A stretch of DNA of 64,000 bases. Source: Eledone cirrhosa. Lineage: Eukaryota. Where the stretch lies: the NCBI GenBank assembly GCA_964016885.1, contig OZ024742.1, positions 228,098,001-228,162,000 on the forward strand, given 5' to 3'. Positions within the stretch are counted from its first letter, which is position 1, and each line of letters starts with the position of its first letter. The notes below the pieces were generated by a model. That model had not been told where the DNA came from. It did no database searches and saw only the letters and a list, made by a program, of their open reading frames with translations. Positions 20,695-33,994 of the stretch are shown one piece after another. Made by a program: the position numbers and the translations under genes.

Positions 20695-22569
20695 GATAGG
20701 ACCGAACCGCTTACCCCGTGCAACCCTACATTTAACCTGAAAGATCACAAAAATAACTTTGAAACTAATCCCACCATTAGATTAATATGCCCATCCAAGT
20801 CAGACATAGGTAAAATTAGCAAAAACATTCTAGATAGGGTAATCGCACAAATAAAGGGTAAACTAGAAATCAATTTATGGGGCAACACTAACGAGACAAT
20901 TAAATGGTTCAATAAAATACAAAATAGGGAGACGTGTAACTTCATACAATTTGATATAGACGACTATTATGCATCCATATCCCCAGCTACCCTAGATAAG
21001 GCGCTTATATTTGCCCAAAATAACTCTGATCTTACTCATGATGAAATTGAAATAATAATAGCGGCTAGAAGGACTATCGTAAAATTTGAAAATAACTACT
21101 GGGTAAGAAAGGATAGAATAAATAGCTTCGATATTACAATGGGATCAAATGATTCTGCGCAAATTACAGATATCGTGGGGCTATTCATAGCACACAACCT
21201 ACATAAGGAATTCAGTAACCTCCAAGGAGGAATTTATAGGGACGACACGTTACTTATAGCTAGGAACCTAAACAACCAGAGCATGGAAAGACTAAGGAAA
21301 AATATTAGAATATTCTTCAAAAAACTAGGCCTAAGTATTACCTACGAACTAAACCATAAGAAGGTAAATTTTCTAGATGTAACTCTAAATCTAAATACTG
21401 GATTAATAGAACCTTTCCACAAAAATAAGGAAAATCTTGCCTACATTAGTTACAACTCAAATCACCCCAAATCCATAATTAAATCCATAGCACGTAGTAT
21501 ATCCCTCCGAATATCCCGCCTATCCTCAAACCTAGAAATCTTTAACGAGCATGCTGACTATTATAATGCAGCATTAAGTAGGGCCGGTCATAAAGATAAA
21601 CTACAGTATATAGTGAATAAGGACAACATAAACAATCCTAGTAATTTCTACTCCAACCGCTCACATAATAATAGGAATAGCTTGACTAGACATAGGGTTA
21701 GACATGTAACACCTAGAGTAAACGGCCAAAACACTAATAACGTAAACCCTAGAAACAATAGAAGAAACAGACAAAGAAAATACCTATGGTTCAACCCAAT
21801 ATTCAACTCCTCTATAAAAACTAGACTGCCCTCTACATTCTTTAAACTAATAGATAAACACTTCCCTATCTCGCATAGATATCACAAAATACTCAATAGA
21901 TCTACTATAAAACTCTCTTTCTCAACAGCAGCTAACATAGAATCACACATACGCAAGATCAACCACAGAAATATCTCAAGTAAATCAATTGCACCTATAC
22001 ATAAGCACAAACTCATCACAACATCACAACCACAAGCGCATACAAACGCGCAGCAGCAAAACCCCATTGGGCATATATCACAACCCACTTATAACAGGGT
22101 ACTAAATAGGAATGTAAAAGCTGCACAAAATAGCGCCTCAAACTGCAACTGTCACCTCCCAGATAGGTGCCCATTGGCGAACAGATGTCTCGATTCGAGC
22201 CTGGTGTACATGTGCACTGTCATCTCGGGTAACTCCACCTGGAATTACATAGAATCCACCGCGGGTTCTTTTAAGAAAAGATGGTATGTGCACAGGCACT
22301 CAATGAAAAACCGTGCACTTATGGGTTCCACCACCCTCGCCAGAAAAATATGGGAATTGAAGGACAGCAACGCTAGCTACACTATCAACTGGTCGAAGTT
22401 GTCGGCTGCTAAAACCTATAGTACAGGGATGTCCTATTGCGGGCTGTGTGATCTTGAGCTATTGTATATCCTTAGAAATGTTAAAAAGCTACTTAATAAT
22501 AAGTTAGAAAGATCTATCTTCTGCAGACATAGAATAGCCACTAAATTCATAAGATTCAAACCTCCGTGA
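20695..22569 (+). CDS. Penelope-type RT plus GIY-YIG endonuclease (5'-truncated open frame)
   Basis: Frame is open from 20695: LKDHK, RLICP, FDIDDYYASI, MGSNDSAQ, YRDD, FLDV, WFNP, CNCx5Cx5C, LVY...YIE, FKKRWYVH, CGLCDLE. Confidence 0.88.
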   Translation, partial: DRTEPLTPCNPTFNLKDHKNNFETNPTIRLICPSKSDIGKISKNILDRVIAQIKGKLEINLWGNTNETIKWFNKIQNRETCNFIQFDIDDYYASISPATLDKALIFAQNNSDLTHDEIEIIIAARRTIVKFENNYWVRKDRINSFDITMGSNDSAQITDIVGLFIAHNLHKEFSNLQGGIYRDDTLLIARNLNNQSMERLRKNIRIFFKKLGLSITYELNHKKVNFLDVTLNLNTGLIEPFHKNKENLAYISYNSNHPKSIIKSIARSISLRISRLSSNLEIFNEHADYYNAALSRAGHKDKLQYIVNKDNINNPSNFYSNRSHNNRNSLTRHRVRHVTPRVNGQNTNNVNPRNNRRNRQRKYLWFNPIFNSSIKTRLPSTFFKLIDKHFPISHRYHKILNRSTIKLSFSTAANIESHIRKINHRNISSKSIAPIHKHKLITTSQPQAHTNAQQQNPIGHISQPTYNRVLNRNVKAAQNSASNCNCHLPDRCPLANRCLDSSLVYMCTVISGNSTWNYIESTAGSFKKRWYVHRHSMKNRALMGSTTLARKIWELKDSNASYTINWSKLSAAKTYSTGMSYCGLCDLELLYILRNVKKLLNNKLERSIFCRHRIATKFIRFKPP

Positions 22570-22901
22570 ATCGAACCAACATAACATAGCTTTAAATTAG
22601 GATACCTACTACCCACAGAAATATATTCATTAAGTATACTATTTCCTTCACAAGTCTATACCACACAATTGTCTGTAAGTACCTCATCTACCAACAATCT
22701 TACTCCTTCTCAGCTGCTGCAATCATTTGATCCTAGATCCTAGTTTTTCTCATTTCACTACTACAATGTTACTTTACCTTCTTTTTGCCATAATTACAAT
22801 TAGCACGCCTTTCTCTTTGCATGTATGTATATTTTTGTATGAGTGTATATTGATGTGTATGTATGTGTCTATGTACACATATATGTGTATATATATATAT
22901 T

Positions 22902-22933
<32 letters not shown>

Positions 22934-23287
22934 CGTAGATATATGCGTATATTAATTTGTTAACCTCTGTATTAACTCTACAACTATTGAGCTTTGACAG
23001 TGGTCCCACTCATGTATACTGTTGAAGATGAAGAGAAAGACTGTAAAAACTAGCTTATCTTTATAATTTAAAATTGATACACACTACGATACTTTTTGCC
23101 TTATGACAGCTGGTTTTCACGCCGTAACATTAGATACATTATATACCCCCCCCACCTAATTAATGTCAGGGTCTCCTTAAATAGTTTATTGATAGCATTG
23201 TTGTAATTGTTGTTATTGTTCTAATTGAATGCCATAACTACTCCATATTTTCTTTTCTTTTCTTGCCTGTGTATTTTCTTCATTCTC

Positions 23288-23402
23288 GCATGCTCCGAAG
23301 ATCTGACTGGTTATAATTCTGTATTGGCGATCGAGTGACGCAAAATTAGGCGGATAGCGATCTCTAGACATACCAGTTCAGTGAAACAAATGTAAGCTAT
23401 GT
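23288..23402 (+). ncRNA. Hammerhead-like motif in the PLE pLTR (variant core)
   Basis: GCAUGCU-CCGAAGA-U-[CUGACUGGU...ACCAGUUCAG]-U-GAAA-CAAAUG-UA^-AGCUAUGU; U4 is replaced by C and stem II is long. Confidence 0.55.
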
Positions 23403-23449
23403 GATTAAAAACTTTTTTGTATAGCAAACCATGTAAACCTTCTTTCCTG

Positions 23450-23485
<36 letters not shown>

Positions 23486-23527
23486 GTATATATATAATAT
23501 AACCTCGCTAAACTAATTCATCGCCGC

Positions 23528-23560
<33 letters not shown>

Positions 23561-23563
23561 ATA

Positions 23564-25974
23564 CGCGAGCATGAGGATAGAGAAAAAGCCCTCAATGCCC
23601 ACATGGTGATGTGGACGAATATAATGAAGCCCAACAAAAGGACTGCCAACAACTTCCAGGCCTGGAACAATGACGTGCCGGCGTTGTATGGGCTTCGAAA
23701 AGACCATAAAACGGGCAGTGACCCTGTCACGGGACCACCAACACAGCCAGTCTGTGGAGCTAACATTGCTAGTAACTACAGACTGCCCTACTTCATCTCC
23801 CTGATCATACGCCCCATCATTGAAATGTCCCCAGATGTATGTGACAGCACGGAAGACCTCCTCAGCAGAATCGGCGAGAGTAACCGATCTAGGGACCTAA
23901 CAAACTGCATAATAGGTAGTATGGATGTTGTGTCCCTGTATCCATCTATTAACGTGGATTTTGCTGTGGAGAAATGTGTAGAAATGATCAGTGAGAGCAA
24001 TGTTGAGTTCCGTGGGATTGATACCAGTGAGCTGGGACTCCTACTTAAACTTACCTATAGTAATAATTACCTAGACACATATGACCTTAGCAACCTGTGC
24101 CCTACAAGACCAGCAAGAGGCAGACCACCTCCCATTACCTCAATGGCCAAGAAAACCCACACAGATAGATGGAACGGGTAGACCAGAGCCATACGGACAC
24201 CCAAAAACCACGATGAAGTAAAGAAAATGATTGCACATGCGGTGGGGGCCAGCATAAAATTAACCCTTAAGGAACATATGTTCAAATTTAATGGAAAAAC
24301 ATATGCCCAAGAGGAAGGAGCAGCCATTGGTGTTAGCATTGCCGGCGACATAGCTAACTTATTCATGGTATGGTGGGACAGTAGACTTAAACTTAAAGAA
24401 CAATTAGAAGACCCCTTAACCCTGATTATGTACTCACGCTACGTTGATGATATAAACATCGTAGTTAAAACACCCCCACTAGAGAACAGTCAGGAACTAG
24501 AGAAAAACACAATGGAGAGCATCCAGCAAATAGCTAACTCCATCCACCAGAGTATTAGAGTTACTATAGACTACCCAAGTAAACACCCCAACCATCGATT
24601 ACCTGTACTAGACACAGAGCTCTGGTGAGATACCATTAATAACAAAAAACAAATCCTCCATTCCCATTATGCCAAACCCATGACTTCCAAATATCTGATC
24701 CACCGAAACTCAGCTGTTTCGGACCATACCAAAATCAACATACTGATTGCGGATTTGGTACGGGTGATGAGAAACGTGTCCCGCATGTGCAACCCCGAAG
24801 AACTAGAGAGACACATACAACACTTCATCCACCGTATGCAGTTCTCTGGTTACAATCAAATGGGAAAAAATGGTAAATAATGACACAAATGGGACTTGCC
24901 CCTTGTATAGGAGCAAATTTTGGAATAGAATAGAAAGAACTAGGAATAAGGCTAATAGAATAAACTCATGGTATGATAGCAATAAATACCAGAGTGTAAT
25001 GTTCATCGATACAACCCCTAGAGGGGAATTAGCTTACAAATTTAGAAGGGCCCTAGATAAACATAAACTCAATATTAAGATAGTAGAAAGACCAGGTACC
25101 TCCGTAAAAACACTTTATTAGCAAGACATACCCTTTTCAAAGAACCCCCTGTATAGATAAGACATGTATAACCTGTAAATTAAGACCCCATATTAACTGT
25201 AAAACTAGAAATGTAGTATATAGCATAAGATGTACTGAAGGACAATGTAGAGACAAAAATATAGTGTACATAGGTGAGACAGCTCGTAGTGTAGGGGAAC
25301 GGATAAATGAACACTGGCGAGACCTTCAAGATAGTAAAGAATCATCTGTACTCTACCAACATGCTAAAATAGAACATAAGGGTAAATTAGAGAACATAGA
25401 AATAAAAATAGAATCTACACACAGAAAAGACGCAATGTTTAGACAAATCACAGAGGCAATAAACATAAAAGAATTACAACCAAAATTAAATAGAAAACAT
25501 GAGTGGAACAGCAACATCACAACTTACAATTAAGGACAAAATGAAAACAAACATGCACATAGAACAAACAACCAACCTGTAACATGTAAATAAACAAATA
25601 AATAAACGAATATAAACACACACAGACACCCGGATGTGGCGCATGCGCAGACGGAGCACACAGAAACAAAATGGCGTAGGACAGAACAAAGGAGAGGCAC
25701 AAAAACAAAGAAAAGAATCCCCAGTCACTGAAGAGGTCACAGAATGTGTGACGAAAGAACTTTGACAATATATAAACAACCATCCGGTTGTGGAACCAAC
25801 CAACCAACCGGAAATTTATAAATTCCTCAATTTATAAATTTATTATAATAAATTGAAGTGAAAGCAACTGGTGCGTGTGTTCCTTATTGGCAACATGACC
25901 CTCCCAAAGTATAACAATATCGGTTTCAACACACATTTTCAGATAAAGAATCTTGCTAAACAAATTCAGAAGCG

Positions 25975-25977
<3 letters not shown>
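23564..25977 (+). mobile_element. Degenerate Penelope-like element, second family (RT, GIY-YIG, pLTR)
   Basis: Fragments LRKDHK, SMDVVSLYPSI, GAAIGVSIAGDIAN, YVDD, LPVLD, NVVY...YIGETARS..ERINEH, EAINI...PKLN; stops and frameshifts. Confidence 0.9.
25724..25766 (+). ncRNA. Minimal hammerhead ribozyme in the pLTR
   Basis: GUCA-CUGAAGA-G-GUCACA(GAAUG)UGUGAC-GAAA-GAAC-UU^-UGAC. Confidence 0.7.
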
Positions 25978-26016
<39 letters not shown>

Positions 26017-26556
26017 ATCATCATCATCATCGTTTAACGTCCATCTTCCATGCTTGCATGGGTTTGGATGGGAGTTTTCCCACTTGAGGCAAAATTAGTT
26101 GTCTTGCTCGTATAGGACTGTCTGGCGGGTTTTCTACGGCTGGATGCCCTTCCTAACACCAATCACAAGTCTCCTCAGTAGTTTGCAAAAGTTTGTCATG
26201 TAGGAATTTTCAGTTGTCCTCTATGTTATATGTAACTAGTTTGTCACACCTCTCATCTACTGCCTCCTGTTGGGCCTTTCTAAACCTATATTTATTTCGA
26301 AGGTCCATTAGCTTCTAAACCCTCCATCTCCATAATTTCATGAATATCTTGTTCTGGCTTGTGTTTGTTCTGATTTCACTAATAACTAACTTGTGTTGGG
26401 CAGTGCTTTGTTCTCCAGGGATGGCCTTAGTTTTTATTAGAGTCCATTTATCTCATCGTCTAACAAATAAGTAATCAATGTGGCTTGTGTGTTCGCCAGA
26501 TTATGTGAGCTAATTATGTAAGATAAAGCCTTTACCACAAAAATCCAAAGTATATA

Positions 26557-26742
26557 TAATTGTTTCTACTTTAGACACAAGGCCAGCAATTACCCAGTGC
26601 ATTACTGGTACTTTATTTTATCGACCCCCGTAAGGATGAAAGGCAAAGTCAACCTCGGCGGGATTTGAACTCAGATCGTAAAGGGACGTAACTATGCTGG
26701 AAAGCATGGCGTCCGACTCTCTACCGATACTGCCAATCCACA
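26557..26742 (-). mobile_element. tRNA-derived SINE (abundant family with a MetaSINE-like central domain)
   Basis: B-box-like GAGTTCAAATCC and core GCCTTTCATCCTTACGGGGTCGATAAAATAAAGTACCAG. Other copies at about 31711-32325 (3 copies), 33263-33436, 36627-36810, 38280-38440, 39750-39980, 43280-43380, 43617-43708 and 55416-55528. Confidence 0.85.
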
Positions 26743-27077
26743 ATGTAATTACTAAAGGGTTAATTTTACAAACAGGCTGTCCTGTTGGTCAAACAACTGG
26801 AACACTTTCATCGTAACTGACAGAAGTCCAACATAACACAATACACTCAGTCAACAACACATAGTTGTGTATGAATATCAACATTTATCCTGTCTGTTTA
26901 ATATCGATCAGAATAAGATATTTCAAACCAATAGACTAATGATTGATAGATGTTTATATGACATTTCCTCACGTTGAAGTTTTTAACCTTTTAAAAACCT
27001 AACCTCTGTGACCCCCTCCCTCTTTCAACCTGATTTTCTACAACATAACAATAATAGACAGAACATAACTCATTTAA

Positions 27078-27290
27078 CCCTTTTTGATGGTATTTTTAAT
27101 GAAATAGATTCTATTTTAACTAACTAAAATAAGAATTTTGATGGGTTTCTAAAATTATTAATTATTTCATTACTAAGGTAGCAACATATAAAATTATGTT
27201 GGAAAATTTTAATTTTAATTGAACTCTTTAAAATGGGTGATTTTGTTTCATAAAACCAGAGCTGATTTGGCCAAATTAGTATCAAAAGGG
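27078..27290. mobile_element. piggyBac-like MITE
   Basis: TTAA|CCCTTTTTGAT ... ATCAAAAGGG|TTAA: terminal inverted repeats with a TTAA duplication. Confidence 0.7.
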
Positions 27291-27339
27291 TTAATATAAC
27301 ACTGACCTACCCTTTTAATTGTGATATAATTTATTGTTA

Positions 27340-28180
27340 TACATGTCCATACCTGTCAGAATCAACTGTTATAAATAACTTTTTTGTTTATCTTGAATTT
27401 AAACACTAACACAAATGATCAATTACAAGTCCATAAATGTCACAATAAACTGCGTTAGTCATTCATATTAAACACAAGTTGATCTGCAATGGAACGGATC
27501 TCCATCAGTTTTGATGATGAACGTTCCAGTTATTGACAAGGCTGGCCCTTTGAATTACATATACAGTCTATCTGATGGACTTAAAAACAGTTTCTGTCTA
27601 TCTAATTTCACTCACAAGAGATGGGTCAACCCAATGCTATGGTAAATAAAACTTACCCAAGATGCCACACAATGGCATTGCATCCAGTACCTAATGATTG
27701 TAAAGCAAATCTCTTAATCATTTGGCTATGCTGTGTTGACACAAGTTGATGTAGAGTATAAACACAACATGGATTATATGTTACAAGCCCATAGCTATCA
27801 AAATTAACTGTTAGTGATACTTCTTACACATAAGTTGATCTAGGATTTAAGCACTAACACAAACCATTTATTACAACTAGGGCTGGCACAGGGGTATTTA
27901 GTGCCCTTGGCTAGGGCCTCTTCAGAGTTAAAGACCCTATTGATTAAACTTCATTAGTTTCATAGACAATTCACCACTGGTTACAAACTAATAGCTGTCA
28001 CAATCAACTATGTAAGTTTTATTAAGTATAAGTTGATCTAAGATTTAAACAATAACGCAAAACCCATATTTGTTGTTGATGTTGCTGCTGCTATGGCAGA
28101 CATCCATGCAGGTTTAGCTGTCACAATCAACTGTATGAGTTATTCTTAAAGACATGTTGATCAAGAATTTAAACACAAGT
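27340..28180. repeat. Degenerate minisatellite (AGTTGATCTAAGATTTAAACACTAACACAA...GCTGTCACAATCAACTGT), interrupted by a SINE relic
   Basis: About 4-5 diverged recurrences. Confidence 0.55.
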
Positions 28181-29076
28181 GTGCTCAATATGAAAATCAA
28201 AAGAAAGACACTGCTTATAATTTTCAAATAATTTTTTAAATAATCAAGAATTTTGAGAGCTATAGTAATATAATTAACCTTTTCATTATTAAGCTGGTTT
28301 GGGGAACATGAACATAATCTGATAAAGGTTCTTACATAAAATTATGATGGAAGTTTTTAATATAATTGTATGTATGGTTCCGTAACTCCTGGTGGAGTTG
28401 TAGGGGTGCTGTAGTGTCATACAGTATTTCTTAAGCATTTTAAAGCCTGGCTGAGCCCAACCCTCTCCAGGTCTGAACACAGCAGATTTCTTCCACAGAA
28501 GAATAGAAAGTGAAAAATAGGAAGTATGAAAGAGATATAAATGAAGAAACAACCTCATTTCTAGATTGGTACATTTTTATCGACCTTGAAAGGATAAAAG
28601 GCGAATTTGACCTTGGTTAATATAACTATAAACAATTCAACCTATTCATTACTATATTTCTCATGGTAGATAATCTATGATTTTCCAAATAATTTTGTAA
28701 ATAATCAAGAATTTGGGGGGATTTACTAATAACTAACCTTCTCAATATTAAGCTGGTGCACTACCACTTTACAAAGTGGACTAGGTGCATATTTTCATGA
28801 TACCACTACTTGAATTTTCCAGTGTGGGCTGAGTGCAATTTATTGCAGAACTAGCAGGGTGCTTGTTCTTCACCTGGCTGGAAAGGCAGCAATAGGGAGT
28901 GGGAGGATCAGAGCAGAGTGTAGGCTACATGTTTCTTGCTGGAGGGAGGTTGTACTGTTCAGTGCACCTGGCTTTCAATGCTGGAATGGTTGAGTGAGGA
29001 GAGGTTAATTCAGAAATAAATTTGGCAATGTGAATGGAGGGAGGGAAGAGTAAGTATTGAATCAGGGGCTGATATT

Positions 29077-29107
<31 letters not shown>

Positions 29108-29979
29108 AGCATATGGAAGTATAGCAGAGGTGTGTCTGTCATCTGGGGTCTTTCTTTTTCATTTTGGCATGGGGCAGACAAAAGAGAAGTCAGGGATATG
29201 AATGAAGGAAAGACCAATGAGTGGGGAAAAGACTGTATGGGGAAGAGGGAGAACAAGTAGGCCAGGGGGAAGACATGAAAGCTGGGGGCAGGGGACAGAT
29301 AATGAGGAAGGGGTGATAGAAGGTGGCAATCTAAATGTTGTTACCTCTTTCTGCTTTTAACAACCATCATCCCCATGCTCATTTCATCCCGCTTGTACGG
29401 AGAGGGGGGGGGGGGGGCACATTTTCTGTATTACAGCAAATCATGAGTCAACTCCCTCTTGGTCATCTCCTTACTGAGGTACATATTATTCCAGTGCATC
29501 TGTCTACATTGTTCATTAGCCTGAAATCTCACTACACCTCATGTGTACCCATAGTTTATATTTAGTACACAGTATAGTATTCCTACCAACTCCCTTTCTG
29601 CATATTGATCAAGATCATTTTTCTGATGGGATCAGTTCTCTGTTATCTTTGCTACTTCAGATCCCAACATGCATGCTAAATTCATTGTTAACTCTAACCT
29701 TGCTGACACTATCTTTGCAAATAACCTGTACAGTCCTCACAAGCCATTAATCTACCCCTAGTTTTCAAAGAGCCCACCAGATAGCAGAAACTTTCAGCCA
29801 CTTCTATGAACCCTTCCTATGACTTGAAAAGGTTTATATCACTGACGCACTTCCCCTCACTTGCCCCTGTGCCTCTTCTACATACAAAGTCTTCCTTTCC
29901 TGTCTCTCTGTTATCCCACTACATTTCTCATGTACCCAAGATTTACATTATGTACATTGTATGAAGTTTATGTCTACTC

Positions 29980-30810
29980 CTTTTCTACATTTCCCTGAAG
30001 AGATTAGAGTCCTATCTTTCTTACTCACTAGCACTTTAGTTTTGGCTAAGTTTATTCTCAGACCTTTTGATTCCAAATTTAGTTTCCAAAACCGTAATTT
30101 ATTCTCTAGTTCCTTTTTTGGTTTCAGCTATAAGGACCAAATCATTTGCATACAGAAGTTCCCATGGACAGCCAGTTTTAAACTCCTCTGTTATGGCCTG
30201 GAAAATTATGATGAACAGCACTGCGCTAAGAACTGAACCTTGATGAGTTCCTCCTCACTAAACTCACTTCACTAAACTCATGGCACTGCTCATACAAGCC
30301 ATTCTTCTATCCCTAATTTCCTTAAGGACCACCAGATAATAGATTGGAGTACTCTGTCAAAGGTCTTTTCTAAATCAACAAAAGCTAAATATAGTTGTTT
30401 ATTCTTGGCTAGGAACTTCTCTTGTAGTTGCCTCACTAAGAAAAGAGCATCTGTAGTACTTTTCCCAGGCATGAAACCAAACTGCATCTCATCTAATTTG
30501 ACCCTTTCTCTAATTAGCTTTGCTATAACTGTTTCCGTCACTTTCATAACTTGATCCATTAGTTTAATTCCTCTGTAGTTGCTCCTTTCTAGAGTATCGC
30601 CTTTGCCCTTGTAGCAATTTATAATTGTACTGCTGCACCAGTCATTCGGTATGACTCCATCATGTATTACCTGATTGACTATGCAGGTTACTAGTTTGAC
30701 TTTTAGCCTCTTAGCAACTATCTCAGACAGTCTTGCAGCTTTACCATTCTTCATTTCTTTGATTGCTTCTTTGACCCTATCACTGTTAACTTCAATAGCT
30801 GGTCCTTCAG
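29980..30810 (-). pseudogene. RTE-clade LINE RT fragment
   Basis: YKGKGD...SNYRGIKL, MQFGFMPGKSTTDA, FVDLEKTFDRV; degenerate. Confidence 0.85.
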
Positions 30811-32324
30811 TTGGGTAAGTTGGAGGTTGTCTGTCTCATGAAATCTCTTCACACACTGACTCCCGGTTGGCACCTAGCTGTCGTTTTCTCTGTTTCTGGG
30901 TTGACGTCAGTTTGTCTGGAGTGGCAGTTTATTTTGTTCCTCATATATTTTCATATAATTTCGGCGAAAGTCATGTTTAATAAATTAGTAACATATCGAC
31001 TGTGTTATCATGGTTTTTATATATTTCATTTCCTATGTGAAAGAAACCATCATATCATCATAATGAACACTGTTACTCACTTACTTGCACACATGCAAAC
31101 TCTGGTCACACTGTATCATGCACATCAAGCTTCTCTCATCTACACTCACAACAACAGTCACTACACCACTTAGCAATCTACAAGTGAGTACATACTCAAC
31201 AAATGAATCTACACCACACAACCAACCATCTATATCACCATTCAATCTGCTATATGTCCCCCTCCAAATTCATTCTCTACATCTCTCATAGTACCATTTC
31301 CAGGCCTCTTTCTTTTGGACATCAGTGGTACTAAGTGCACTAGCATCATTTCTAACACATTTTCCCCTAACAACATCTCAATCCACAGACACACTATGTT
31401 GCAATGCAGAACAATTCACGCCTCTGGTCCTCACATCTTAAGACATTGGCAAACTTTCAATGTTCAACCTCTCTCTGAGCTGTGTACACCTGTCATCTAG
31501 CTTCTCTCTTAGCTACCTGGTAGTGGTCTCTACTACCCCAATTTTTCCAGTCTTTCCATACCTGTCTGCTCCACATATGTCCATTAGCCTTATTTGCATA
31601 CTGAGTGATTTTACAGCTGGCTTTGCCAAAAATTAAAAACAAAATTAGAATTTGGTTTCTCGCTCTCTCATAGAGCTGGTTACATAAATGTATTTGTGAG
31701 TTTTATATTCAATAATGATTTCTACTATAGGCACAAAGCCAGCAATTTGGGGAGAGGGGAAAGTCGATTAAATCGACCCCAGTGCATTACTGGTGCTTTA
31801 TTTTATCGACCTCATAAGGATGAAAGGCAAAGCTAACCTCGGTGGGATTTGAACTCAGACCGTAAAGATCCATAATTCTATGCTGCAAAGCATGGTGTCC
31901 GACTCTCTACCATTATTGCTAATTCACCACCGTAGTTTTATATTAAATAATTATTTCTACTTTTGGCACAAGGCCAGCAATTATCCCAGTGGATTACTGG
32001 TACTTTATTTTATCAACCCCGTAAGGATGAAAGGCAAAGTTAATTAACCGGATTTGAACTCAGACCATAAAGGGCCGTAACTCTTTGCTGCAAAGCATGG
32101 CGTCCGACCCTCTACTGATACTGCCAATCCACCGCCCTTTATATTAAATAATAATAATTGTTTCTAATTTAGGCACACAGCCAACAATTTTTTGGGAGGG
32201 GGAAAGTTGATTAAATCGACCCCAGTGTATTACTGGTGCTTTACTTCATCGACACCGTAACGATGAAAGGCAAAGCTGAACTCAGAATGTAAAGGACCAT
32301 AACTCTATGCTGACGCTCTACCGA

Positions 32325-32930
32325 TCTTTAAACTCATATACAATAAGGAATACCTAGACACACATAATCTCAGCAGCCTCTGCCCCACAAGGCCAGAAAC
32401 AGACAGACCACCCACCATTACCTAAATGGCCAAGAAAACCCACACAGAAAGATGGAGCAGATGGACCAGAGCCATACAGACCCCCGAAAACCATGATGAA
32501 TTAAAGACAATGATCGCACATGCGGTGGGGGCCAGTATAAAACTAACTCTTTAGGAACATATGTTTAAATTTAATGGCAAAACATATGCCCAAGAGGAGG
32601 GGGCATTGGAGTTAGCATTGCAGGTGACATAGCTAACCTCTTTATGGTATGGTGGGATAGAAAACTTAAGGAACAATTAGACGACAATTTTATAACCCTG
32701 ACTATGTACTCTCGCTACATAGATGACATAAATATCTTAGTAAAAACACCCCCACAGGGGAACAGTCAGCAATTAGAGAAGAACACCATGGAAAGCATCC
32801 CAAATAGCTAACTCCATCCACCAGAGTATTAAAGTTACTATAGACTACCCAAATAAACACCCCAACCATAGATTACCTGTACTAGACACAGAACTTTGGT
32901 TGGAAACTATTAGTAATAGAACGCAAATCT
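32325..32930 (+). pseudogene. Second, diverged copy of the PLE family at 23564-25977 (RT core only)
   Basis: Colinear with about 24045-24655 (HAVGASIK, YIDD, LPVLD). Confidence 0.88.
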
Positions 32931-33784
32931 GTAGCGAAATCTGTCCATGCCTTGAACCTTGAGTGACACCTAAAGGTCAAATTCTAGGTTGATGTGTTGA
33001 CTATCCCCTCAAGGGGGGGGGGGACTGGAAGCGATAGGTATATAAAGCCTATATTTTCCCACCTTAGACACAGAGGCATCGGAGCGCTAGGATACACAAC
33101 AAATTATGTAAAGATTAACCGATAACTTCAGACCCCAGAGGTCTACAGAAAAGAGTACATCAGAGCATTACACCTATAACAAACTATGTAAGGATTCACT
33201 ATAGCAAATATATAAGATTTAATAGGACATGTAATCAATTATTGCTAGGGACCTTATAAATATAATTGTTTCTACTTTTAGCACAAGGCCAGCAATTACC
33301 CAGTGGTACTTTATTTTATCGACCCCGAAAGACAAAGTTAACCTCGGTGGGATTTGAACTCATAATGGAAAAAGCCGTAACTCTTTGCATCAAAGCATGG
33401 CGTCCGACCCTCTACCGATACTGCCAATCCACCGCCTTATAAATACAATACCTTATAAATATAATTGTTTGTACTATTGGCACAAGGCCAGCAATTACCC
33501 AATACCTTATAAATATAATACACAAAAATAATCAAAGCGAGTGAAAAAGAAAAAAAAACAACAATATATATGTGTGTGTGTAGTGTATATATATAATATA
33601 TATAAGCTACAATACAACGTATGTAGAAAAGTGTGAAACCGGAGACTGCACTACACTGAATATGGTGGATGTGGTAGAGGTTGTCAAGTTTTATGCTGAG
33701 ACGGCACAACTATAATGTAGTGCGTGTGTATGTATTCAATTATTTTCTCGCGTGTGTGCGTGTCAGACACATACGATTACACAG

Positions 33785-33855
<71 letters not shown>

Positions 33856-33904
33856 TCAGGAATTTTGCAAATACAAAAAGGAAATGTGTGCGTGCGCGTG
33901 TGTG

Positions 33905-33994
<90 letters not shown>

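Larger units (their letters stand above)
20474..23453 (+). mobile_element. Penelope-like element (probably Hydra clade), 5'-truncated, with inverted 5' pLTR segment
   Basis: RT plus C-terminal GIY-YIG ORF; 49-bp inverted repeat 20646-20694 vs 23402-23450; hammerhead-like motif in the 3' pLTR. Confidence 0.9.
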
